From: Lingula anatina
Lineage: Eukaryota > Animalia > Brachiopoda
Direction of reading: 5' to 3'
NCBI GenBank assembly: GCA_051362555.1
Contig: CM120648.1
Coordinates: 19,836,587-19,900,586 of the forward strand
DNA length: 64,000 nucleotides
The notes beneath the pieces were generated by a model that did no database searches, was not told the DNA's origin, and saw only the letters and a program-made list of their open reading frames with translations. The position numbers and the translations under genes were made by a program. Positions 12,992-25,180 of the stretch are shown in pieces (position 1 is the stretch's first letter; each line of letters opens with the position of its first letter).

Positions 12992-13227
12992 GTAAGTACT
13001 GAAATAACATGAACTACATTATTTTACATTGAAAGTGTGTTAAATTCATTAGAACACCAATCAAATATAAAACATAGCTACCAGAAGAAGTGACATGTCG
13101 TAAGAGGTGACTTATGTAAATACAGTCCAACATGCACAGACTTTTTAAGAACCAGCGAAATGCTCTTCTGTTTATTTTGACAGTTTAATCAGAACTGTTC
13201 ACTTTATGTAATATTTTATTTCACCAG

Positions 13228-13377
13228 GTCAATCACGCGATCTCTCAAAAGCAAACAACAATGGGCAATAAACAGGCACCAGAGATAGTTACCAGCTTAC
13301 GCAAGAAAGTTTTCTTCAACATAACTCCAGGTAAGCAAAAAGAATCACATCTTCCCGAGGTGTATTCGGCCGAATAA
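13228..13377 (+). CDS. Gene A caspase terminal exon
   Basis: caccag|VNHAISQKQTTMGNKQAPEIVTSLRKKVFF (caspase KQxP...LRKKxxF end). Stop TAA at 13375-13377, or a possible donor after 13330. Confidence 0.85.
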   Translation, partial: VNHAISQKQTTMGNKQAPEIVTSLRKKVFFNITPGKQKESHLPEVYSAE

Positions 13378-13499
13378 TAAAGACTCGAGATCAAAAGTAA
13401 GCAAAAACAACGAACCTGGAACGTGTTAAGGTACAAACAATGCTGCTAGTCCTGCTGAAGATCTCATCCTTTTATCAAATGTCTCAAATCTCCCACCCA

Positions 13500-14900
13500 G
13501 TTGCAGACCCCACCTACAAAATTGTTTCCCAACTTCAATAAATTATTCCCAACTAAAGCTGGAACTTCAAGGTTATGATCTTCATAAGGTTATTTTTCTC
13601 ATCAATGTTATTTCTATGTGTTTCCACCTAAATTGCACCACAACTCCCAGCATTCACACACCTCACATTCATTTATCAGTACTTACTCCTCCTAAAGCCA
13701 TTTGGGACTACATTGAATCAGGTTATCCTTTGGGCAGATTGCTGGCACAATTTAGTCTCCTTCTTACAGATTTCAAATATTCAATGTTACATGTTGTCCC
13801 TAAATCTGATCTTCACAAAACTCGTGTAATTTACGATCTTTTTTTTTATCCCAACCTGGTCTCGGTTGATTCTAACATTCCAAGAGAGTTCTCTGTGGCA
13901 CTTCATTGATGCTGTTATCGCACATGTCCAACATTTTGTTCGTGGTGCTCTTTTAGGTATATCTTATATTCAAGATGTTTTCCACATTTTACCGATTATC
14001 AACTGCGTCCATCCCTTAAAGGGCCAGTGGGTCACCTGTGACCTACACGTTTGACACGTCCCCACCCACACCACACAAAATGAATCCACTTCATTTTACC
14101 ATTTCCTATTCCTTATGTACTAGTTTATCCTTGTTGACCAATTAGAAACTAGATCATTATCCTTCACTTCACTCAAATATGTCTGCCTCCATAAGAATGA
14201 GTTAATGCTATTGTCTAGTGGGTTTTTATGTGTCTTTATTGTCATCTCAAGGTAAATAATAATTTCAATATTCTGCCTTTTCATTATAAATACAATAGTC
14301 TTAAACCACACAGAAATGTTTTATACAGTTGTTAGCTACGCTTCCAGGATTAAATTTATTTTTTCATGTTGTTATTGTAATAAAAAGAGGTTTGTGATAT
14401 CTTGAAACTTAGTCATTTGTTTACCTCTAAAGCCCAGTGGGTCACCGGTGGAACATAACCAAAAACTAGGTCAATGTTGCCCAAAACATTTTTTTCAACA
14501 TTTATTGATAAATATGCTTATTACAACCCTATTACCTAGGCATTAAACTTTTCATGCAAGAAAAACATGTCCTGGAGTGATCTGTTTTATTATGAGAAAT
14601 GTTTGCCAATAGGTGCAAGTTGTTCGTGCCAGATTTTTTAATCTATGAGTAAAGCTATGCAATGGATTATGTTGGAGAGATTTCATTATTCGGCCATGTC
14701 CCGTATACTAGATGATATCTGTTTCATTGGACCTCAAAATTCCAAGAAGTGTCAGGTTGATTTTTCTTGTGTTATGCACATGGATAAACGTTTCCATTAA
14801 CGCAGTAAAAACCTTTACTCTGACCACTTGTTTAACGTAAACAACCTTTACTCTGACCACTTTTCTTTATTTTATCTCATTGAAATAGATATAATACAAA
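13500..14900 (+). mobile_element. Decayed DIRS/Ngaro-type retrotransposon RT fragments
   Basis: VVPKS..KTRVIYDL..YP..SVDSNIPRE; FIDAVI...RGALL...IQDVFHILPI; RILDDICFIGPQNSKKC near 14700. Confidence 0.65.
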
Positions 14901-14949
14901 TGAAACCTTGGTTAGGCTTTTAGGGTTTAATCTGAAATAAAATATCAGG

Positions 14950-15181
14950 CATCGGTCAAACGTGTCTAATTTGGTTCAGTTTTGTTGTGGGATATGGTTG
15001 ATTGGGCGAGTAATGACCCACCCACTTATTGTCCATGTGGTTCAAGTATGGTGATTTTGATGACCAAGGTAACTGCTTACTCCCTTGTTTCATTAAGTTA
15101 TCTGCTATTCGAGGTACTCTGTTCGAACCAGAAATCTCATTGTGCAACCTTAAATTACTCCTAATGTACCCCCTAGTCATG
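14950..15181 (-). mobile_element. Tc1 transposase remnant
   Basis: LPWSSKSPYLNHMDN resembles WPSKSPDLNPIEN. Confidence 0.55.
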
Positions 15182-18100
15182 CGATTCCCAGATTGTAACT
15201 TACTTTGATGTGTTTAGGATCTTATTATTTTTTTACTATTAAAAATGATAATTTTCAGTCATATGCACTTTACCTCATTTGCCTTTGAGCAAAAACAGAG
15301 CTGCGTTGTGCTAATGATCATTTGGCTACATAAAACAGCAATTTAGATAATTGTGTTTATGTAGGGAATGTCTACATCAGTGAGATTTAAGTCATCCAGC
15401 TTTTTAGCTGCTTGATATTTACCCGCATTGTTACGTAGTGCAGTTTAAGCAGCTACGCTGGAAGATTACTTGCTTCGTTATTTAATTTTTATTTGGACAC
15501 ATTCCACCTTCCCCCATCACCCGCCTTAGTCCTTGTGTTTTTCTCTATTTTTTTCTTTTTTTTACTAACCAGAGTCTCTATTTCTGCGCCAGTTACTATT
15601 GTGGTTTCATATATATTTTATTCTGAATTTATCTTGGTTGCACCCATTAAACTATATTATTATTATTTATATTATGACATTTATATAGCATGGGGTGTAT
15701 GATAATCCCCCATTTTTGTAAGTTTATATCTCATTATCTTCGTCATTAATAAATGACAATTTTCAGTCATATGGACTTTATGCTATTTACCTTTGAGCAA
15801 AAAGCTAAGCTTTGTTGTGTTGGTGTGATTATTTGGCTACATGAATAGAATATTTCATCCACAGAGGTGTCTCTTGGTTGTAAGATATATGAAATAATAT
15901 TCAAATAAATCTGAACTGAAAAAAAAATTAATTAATTCTATAAAACGCAATATTTTGAAGAAACATGTTGTTGTAAAGAACAGTTTTCTTGCTGCTGTCA
16001 TATCACCTGGTAATTGTTTGTGTTCTAGGTGAAGAAGAGCGAGTCCAAGACCAAAACTAAAGACGGCTGTCGACGGTTTCATGCACAGAGAGCCCGCAAA
16101 CGAAGTACACACACTGGACAATAGAAGTGTCACCCCCTAAATCAGAGCAAGGAGTTATCTCTTATAACTCCTTGATCAGAGTAATAAAAGTAGGCAGATC
16201 TTCGGTACTTATAATGTCTGGTCTACTTATAATGTGACTAATGAGTATAAAACCGCTATACCATGGAGTTGTATTGTTGGTCTTCAACTTGTACATGTAC
16301 AGCAAATATTATTCCTGTCTTCCTCCAATATGGCAAGATACAGGCAATTACATAACGGTTATATGCGTCAAGTTTTTAACCTGAAGAGACGGAATATAGG
16401 CAATGTCAGAATATAGATACAATTGAATTGTTCAGTCAGAACCGTGCAGAGGGTCTGGTCTCGGTATGGAAAAACTGGATCAAGAGACAAATTGCCTCTG
16501 ATGGGTCGTCCAAGAAAAACTACTGTCCGTGAAGACCGACGACTGATTTTGATGTCCAGGTTGTCAAAGTTCGACACTGCTTGTCAGTTGACAAGACAGT
16601 GGAACAATTTTACACATAAGAATGTGTCTGTGAAAATTACTAGGCGTCGGTTAAATGCTCAGAGAGCGTATAACAGGGTAGCAAGACAAAAAAAACTCTT
16701 ATATCGTTACAAAACAGGCAAGGTAGAGTGAACTAGGGTCAACAGGATCTGGAACTGGACAGTCCATGGCAATTGGTCCTATATATTTTTTTCTGGTGGG
16801 TTTGGCTTTGGTCTGACCTCTGATGACAGATGTGTACGATGCTAGCGAACTGCTGGTAAAGCATATAATGAATTTTCGAACCCGGAGCAGCATATTTATC
16901 ATGGTGTGGGGCTGCATCAGCATCTATTGCGTGGGCGAATTGGTAGTGGTTGATGGAAACATGAATCACTAGAAATATATCGATGTTTTGGAGTCAGGCT
17001 TGCTGCCATCTATAACTAACATGTTTGGTGACAGGAGTTATCCATTTGTTCACCAGGATGACAATGCTCCTTGTCACAGGCCCAGAGCAGTTGATGATTG
17101 GTTTGAACAACAGGACATTCGCAGGTGATGTGGCCTGCCCAGAGTCCGGATGCACGACCAGATGCAAACATACCTGTAATAGAAAATGTGTGGAATGATA
17201 CAGTGGTCGGAATAATTTTGTTTCCGTTGTACATCGGTGTAACAGCGTTCGAAATGTTTTAATCCCTATCTTGTGAATAGAAGGGGGCCGACAAACAATG
17301 GAGGGCCGTATAAATCCCTTCAAAATTCGAACGCACAAACACAATAGCTTAGGTGGAATAACACAATACTTAATACGAGTGAACCCCATGACGCCGGTTT
17401 CTGTGGTCCAGTGCGAGTGCGACAATCCGCTGTAACTAGGTGTAATTAACAGCAGGATACATCAGCCAGAAGGTCCCTATTGTTTGTTGCGGCGATAGGA
17501 TTATAGCTTTAAGAGGCTAAAACCCATGCTAACGCGTGCCACGCGAGGCGAACTTTCCTTTTGTTCACTAGTTTGGCACGCGCAGCTGGTTTTTAGTATT
17601 GCTAACAAACTGCTAGTTAAATCTGTTATCAGTTATAATATAATTATTTGATCCAATATGAAATTTCCTCAGTCAAAAATTGAACTAAGTATTGTTTGTT
17701 TGATTGAGATGCATGAGTGTCTCAAAAAATCTTATTGCATTAATTTATAAATGTATAATTTATTCATGTACTTACGTTTTAATTTGCAACATCTGCATTC
17801 AAGTATTCAAGTATTTTTAAAACATGAATGATAATGAAAGAGGAATAAGGAAAGAATATATTACTTATACTATGCTTATATTATACTATTGAAATTAAAT
17901 GAGGTGCATTGACATAGGCGCAAGGTCAATCCAACTCTAACGTGCAACAGGGGGAAGTCTGGCTGTGTGATCAGACAATATACGAGAATACGGTCAATTA
18001 ACATTGTAAATCATCAGTTAAAGAGGAGGGGGTCTTACTATAGCTCGCAATCTATTGTTAAAAGCGACTATTATTATCTCTCGAACAAGCTTAAACCATG

Positions 18101-18735
18101 CTTATACAATTACTGTGTCTCCGGCTGCCGCTCAGAAACGCAATGTCGAACATATTTTGCTACAGTGAGAGACATGGTACACCAGCGACTTGTTTTAGAT
18201 CACCCAAGAAAGAATGCATACGTGCGACACCTAAGGAAAAACAATCAAGTATGCAAGTGATCTATTAATAGTAATTGCACAGTGCATGTTACTAGACCTT
18301 TGTCCTAACTCAGAAGTTAGGAATAGGATGCTTGGATAAAAAGCTTCTATTCAACTCGCTTAGACCCAGGGCGTGATGCTACTATCATCCGATGAAACAC
18401 GTAACTGAACCCTCTACCTGAACCTGAAGTCCCTTTAACTGAAACAAAAACTGCACCTTGAACCTGTCCATTTTTTAATCGTCAGATGATTTGCGATTTC
18501 ATTGAACGTCTTTGATCGAAAGCTTTCAAGTGACAATAACCGAATCGTGTGTTGATTATTTATTAAAGCGTAATTAAGTTTATTCATCATGATCTATTTT
18601 GTAAACAATACTTGCCTAGATTGTGCTTGGATTGATCATCGTCACTGTTTAGCTACTCGCCTATAATGCGTGCTAAACGACAGACAACCTATAAATATTA
18701 TCTGTGCCACTGTGCAAATGAACACATTTAGTTAA

Positions 18736-19072
18736 AGCAATAATAACTCTTTGTTTCGGCCAAAAAATGAATTTTCCTGGAGTAAACAGTAATTTTCCCA
18801 TACTTACCAATGGTTAATAATTCCATTTTTACATTCAAAGTTAGTCCCTGGTTTTTTTCTAAAAAGTTTGGTTTTTTGTTAAAATCTCTTAAGAGATTTT
18901 AACAGAGTATAGCCATCAATGGAGGTCACGTGGTCTAAAGACAAGTTCAGATATCAGAATAAAAGCTATAACTGCTGTTTTTGTGGTAAAACAGAATAAA
19001 TTATATTTCTATGAGTTATTCACAAGGTTTTTATTGTGAAATATAGATCTCATACGAAGAGTTATTATCCCT
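18736..19072. mobile_element. Second, shorter Kolobok-like element, inverted relative to 148-777
   Basis: TTAA flanks, same TIR and same central palindrome. Confidence 0.7.
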
Positions 19073-22000
19073 TTAAAATATAACGGATTCGGTGATTTAA
19101 TCCATCCAACATATTTATATTTGTTCTTTTAAAACCAGTGTCAGGTTAACACCAAATCAAAGCAAGCCTTGCAGACTGGTTTTGTTTAAACTGTCGTATA
19201 TTAAGTAAAGCTAAGTAAAGCCTGTTTCTACTTCGCAGTGTCCCTCTCAGCTATAAAACTGCATGGAGGATAACAAGACTCCGTAACGAATTAACTTTCA
19301 CAATGCCCTGTGCTTCAGGTTTCCAGGAGTCCCTTGTAACACAATAATATCGAAGAGTATGGCCTGAGAGTAATACAAATATGAGGCCGTGTATGAAAGA
19401 TTTTACAAATTAGAAATTCAAAAATTTAAACATGCTAGGTACATGTACATTACTTTTAAGTAAAATAAGTCATTTCAATAAAATTGCACTTAATTGTTTA
19501 GATTAACCTCTACTTTTATCAATCTCATCGCCTTGTATCAACCACCTAAAAGAAATATAGTGAACATGAGGAAAAGTAACACGTTTACATGCAGGCCAAT
19601 GAGTCATACTTCAATATTAATCGCGAACAATATCAACAGCGACTCAAGACCGTTGCCCGTCTTTCACACTTTTACACAAACAAACGAAGGTTAAATAAAG
19701 GGAGTCGCGGCGCGATATCTATCTCTTTCATTCGAACAAGCAAAGGGCTGACCCGAAGTAAGCTTTCTAAACTAATGTCCTTTTTATTGTATATTGTAAT
19801 TACTCCACTTGCTCGCCTCCATTGTCTTGTAAAAGTGATAATGAATGTGTTTATTCACACACGAGTTGAAAGAACTTTGCATAACTCATTTGCCTTAAGT
19901 TGCATAATGTCTTTCTCAAGGTTATAATCAGTGTGAAGAGGGAGTCTTGCCTCATTTAAAAATGGTGTTGTTCTTCATACTGGTTGTTGCTTAACTTATG
20001 CTAATCTATTATGTACCAATATGGTTTTAATAAATCGCCAAAATTATGACATTAATGAACATTGTGTATCAAACGTTTTGTTACGATTTAAATAAATGGA
20101 CGAGGAGGATTACAAAATTAGGTTCTATTTACCTCTGGCGTTAACTTCGCCCTGCTATATAAATGAACAAATGTTGCAGATCGTAACAAAAAACTTTCTT
20201 ATAGTGTTTTATGACATATATGATTTACACATTTGATAGCGAAACACTCCTCGACTTTAACGAATCACCTGAAGTAAACTGTCTACCCACGCTCCCCGAA
20301 AAAACTGTTTCTTTTAATTTTGAAATGAATTGCTTTTAAGGCAAAGAAGTCCATTAAACCTTTTAGGACTCATTGTCATTGTACAGCATGTTGTAATCGA
20401 TATTTAAAATGTTAATTTTTGTACTCCGCTTTTATCGGGGATACCTCTGGTTGAGGTTACAATTACGTCGCTCGCCTATGCTACTGGAATATATATTTAA
20501 GGACAAATTAAGCTTTGTAAAGTCCATATTGTCACACACCATAGATACTTAATTTTGTCTTGAATGAAAAAATAGCCTCAAATGATCGTTTTGTGCTTAA
20601 ACATTTCATTACTTGAACCAAGATCTGTACTATAGCTACCAAGACGTACATTCATCAAGTTGGGTCTGCTGGGGGAGGGGAGCATTTAAATGATAAACGA
20701 GGAAGTCTACCTACAAAAGCAGCAGCAGTGGTTTACATAATCGCTATCTAGACTCCTTTTCTTTGACAGCAACATAAAAAGTGCTTAGAGAGAAAGTCAC
20801 ACAAAGATCCGACGTTGTTTTGTCTTCAGCATTTCCTTTTCCTTGTTTACAGCAATTACTATAGTCAATTAATGAAATCGAGAAAGCAATTGAATATAGT
20901 CACTAGGTGCATTTCGCTGAGTGTTTACAAGATCTAGCGACACATTTTAAATATCGCCACGCATTCTAGTTTGATTAATCAGGGGCCGTTTATGCTGAAT
21001 CGGGGAATGAAGAGATATGTCCCTAAATGGGGAGATTCTCGAGGAGACCAGTAGTGTTGAAAGGTCTGAATAATTTTGTCTGATAAATGTGGAAACTAGC
21101 TTAGATTATCATACAATGAATGGTATCATACGTGCCTTAGATCGTCAGTGTGTGCAACAACAAGTGACGCAAAAACGGCAAATTGTTAGCAAAGAGGCGT
21201 GTGTTTGTTTATGGGGGGGGGGGGGGGGGGGGGGGGCAGCTAGTGATATTTTATATGTGTAGTTGGATAAAATAAAATTGTCCAGAATAGCGTACGTACA
21301 GGTTTGAGAAGTTGAATATGAAAACATTTTCGACAAATAATAAAAAAATTCAGGAAAAAAACGAAATATAATGTTTTGAAAATTAAACAGTTACTCTGGC
21401 GGCTTTCCGTCATTGCTATGAATCTGACATCGAATTTAGTCCAAAATATTAGTAAATTCAGAATAACTAGCTAAAACGTAAATTGCCATAATTTGTCAGA
21501 TAATCAAAAATACCGGTGATCACGCGGAGGGTACGCTTTCCTGAAGGTAGCGGCGACGAACGGCGACGATATTTTTCTGAACAGTGAACCTTTATTAGTT
21601 ACGAAAAGCCCCCTTTTCAACAGGCGCGTTTTATTAATTACTTCATGTCACAAAGTTAATTTATACAGGCAAAACTTTATTCAAGGAAATAGTTTCACGA
21701 AATGAACGAGAGTAAAATATAAGTTGGCACAAATATAAGTCATACAACAATGAGTCATGTTATGGATCATGCTATGGGCCATGTCGGATTATAATGGCAT
21801 ACCTTGATGCAAAACAGTCTAACATTTCTTTATTTAATGTAATGTATTACTCATTACCCGTTTCATTTGACACTCTCTCTTTTTATCTCCCCTCCCCTTT
21901 CTCTTGTTAGAAGGAGGGTAAATAATTAAGCACTCAAAATCTGCATCACCAATCTTCAGAAAAAAATAAGTCAACGAACCAGTGGGCTGATACACAACAT

Positions 22001-24139
22001 CCGACACAGCAGAATGAATCAAATAACAGCTAGCACAAATTTCTATGCAGATAGCTATAGTGTCACTACATACATAATCAGCTGCACGCGCGAAGCTGTT
22101 GAACAAAAGGATAGTTCGCTACGGGAGACTGTTTGTTTACATAAGTACTCTAAGGGGGCGTGGCTACCCAGGCGACCAGGGGATTAGGCAAGTTACTACA
22201 CTATAGCTAATAAGTCCCCGGTCACTTTAATAGCACACGCTGTCTACATCAGACGCGCTAATGCGCACGTCCCCGACAGAGTTAATGATAGGGGGATTAC
22301 GATGGACAGCGCATGTTGCTCACAGCAGTAGGCACTGCCGCCGAAGTTAAACCGGTAATTAAGTCTTTAACTTGACTAAACATGTTTTGCCCTGTAACTT
22401 GCGTCCTTCAGTCTTGCTGTTGCGGAAGCGCCGGCGGGACATATCTCCACCTTGCCGATATTTATCCCGACTCTCGACTTTAAAAGTATTATTGGTTTTG
22501 ATTTTATCAAAGTCTTATTATATCAGAAAACCTGCATATTTTCATACGTTAAGAGAATTATAGAAACTGTAGAAAAAGCTACTCGTACATCAGGGATAAA
22601 AAACAACACCTTGCAGCACTATTACCTATTATTAATCACCAGAAGTTACTGTTTCACTTTTTTCTCCCAAATTACAAAGTCTGATGACAACTGAAAGCCT
22701 TTAGCCATACCTCAGGGCAGTGGGAGATAGTCTGGGTTTGATTAAATGTAATAAAAGTATATTTTGAAGAATTTTCCTAGCCTTCGGCAATTTCCGCAAA
22801 GCTTCGGCATGCGCGGCAATACAGAGCTGTCGATATCTGCATGCGTGAACAATAGAATTGGTGGAACAACGGTTAACGTCGTTGAGTCCTCTGCAACCTA
22901 TCCGACGGGAGTTCGTGTCCCTGTTGGTACTTTTGAAGATTTTGAAATTGTCATTATTAAAAAATATCTATTAATATATAAAACAGTCGTGGCTAATTGT
23001 ATTTGCAACGGAAAGCACAGTAGGGAGGTTTGTTGTTATTGTTAAAGTTATTATTACTGGGGACATAAATTAGTATGCTAATCTCTTATCATGGTATAAT
23101 GATTGATACGATGGGTATCAAATAGTTTTCCTTTGATATAAACAACAAAAGAGCGGCCTTCCAAATATCTTTGCTGAATGTTTATAACGTAGGTACTATT
23201 ATGCGCAAAAATATTGATACATGACGCAAACGACATTTACTAATTTTGGTAATATCAATTTTAATTAAAATTAAATTTAATTGAAATTAAAATTAAAATT
23301 TGTCTAAACGTGCATATTACCATTCACCTTGTTTAAAGGGTTCGCAACACTTTACATTCTAATACATCTTGCCAATTTTCATGTTTGCTAGTTTATTTTG
23401 ATTTGAGAGAAAGCGAGAGAAGACCCTCTACTAGGGCCGCAAATTAATTATGAGTATTTTTCTTCAGTGCAAGAGACTGTGTAATGAAAAATCAATCTGT
23501 AACTCTGGTATAGGGTGGCCTTGTGTGTGTAATAATATACAAGTAGGGGCAGGGGTACAGTTTTATAGTACAAATAGTCATTTTATACATCTTATTGATC
23601 TCATCGTCGGGTCATTGTTTACAATAGCGCTTTGTCGCTGTGCGTACCTTTTTGCATTTGAGTTAGACTCAGTCAGTAACAGCTGGTGATTTTGTCTTTT
23701 TTGCGTTTCATTGACAATATTTTGGCCACCTAAGTAGGGAAATGTGGCTCTTTGTTTTGAAATGACATTTCCATTGTTCCTTTGAACACGCAAAAGTCAA
23801 CACACTTACGTCAACATACTTACTTTGTAATAACAACCCAGGGGAAGAAACAAAAGCCTCATAAGGTGTCGTCATTCACACTGTAAAAGGTGTTAATTTC
23901 ATGCTTCTATTGTATGCCCATGAATCATTATGACAAATTTGTAGGGTTGCCAGATCACTGGCGCTTCATTCAATTCTCTATATCTGCCCTGCAGCCTGGG
24001 ATGAGTGATACTTGACTGACCTTTGTTTACATCTGGAGATTTTCTTTATAATTCGATCAGTGTGCATAAATTATGATATTTTCCATCGGGAAAAATACGT
24101 GATAATGTTACGATTCTTATTTTACGGATACATAATTAC

Positions 24140-25180
24140 AAAAATTAATTCCTGATTTAATACCCCCTATTTCAGCGCCTATTCCTGGCTGCGTTAATTA
24201 TGGGGGGTTGGAAAGTAATCCGTTAGAACGCAGGAGTGATGATTGCTACTCTTACCAACGGTGCATCACCGATCAACTAATCTCAGCCACCTGAAGCAGA
24301 ATCACCAACAAAAGACAAATTGGACTACATCTGCCTTCTTGTTGAGACATCTTATGTAAAAAAAGGCGATAACGGTCAAAACATACGTGCTTCGTGGTTT
24401 ATTAAATGTTCATCGTATTTTTTCGTTCATTATTCTTATGAGTTAAGCAGCTTCACCTCCGTGACACCATTTTTATTTATTTAAACCATTGTTAGATAAA
24501 CCATGCGTTTCACTCCAGATTTCACGATCGAACAGCTGATCATGAGGAGAGTGTAGCATGCTATAGTAAACTACCCCAAATATATATACAACACCTCCAG
24601 GGTTTCACGATCGAGCAAGTGATCATGAGGAGAGAGTGTAGCAGAGAACTTCATTAATGGTCGTCATAATTGGTGGTTGCCTTGGGAAAATGAGTTACAT
24701 GATTACATAATACAGATACATAATAACATAAGATTAATACTAAAATTTTCCCTGATACAAAAACCCCTATTTGAGCGCTTATTCCTGACTGCGTTAATTA
24801 CGGGTGATTAGAAAGTAATCTATGAGGACGCAGGAGCGATGATTGCTACTCTTACCAACGGTAAATCACCGATTTACTTGACTCCGCTACTTCGAGCAAA
24901 ATCACCACCAAAAGACATATTAGACCACGTTCGTCCTCTTATTAAAACAAAGAATGTAAAAATGTGATGTCGGTCAAAGAAGAGGACTAGACTACGTGCT
25001 TCATGGTTTATTAGATAGGCCTATTCATTGGATTTTTTTAGTTCATTATTATAGCTTCACCTCGCGAGACCCTTTTTTATATATTTAAAACACAGCACCC
25101 CACTGGTTTCGCGATCATGAAGAAAGGGAGTGTAGCAAAGAACCTCATTAATGGTCGTGATAATAGGTGGTTGCATTGTA
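24140..25180 (+). repeat. Diverged tandem duplication, about 600-bp period
   Basis: Shared blocks such as GATGATTGCTACTCTTACCAACGGT at about 24238 and 24838. Confidence 0.75.
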
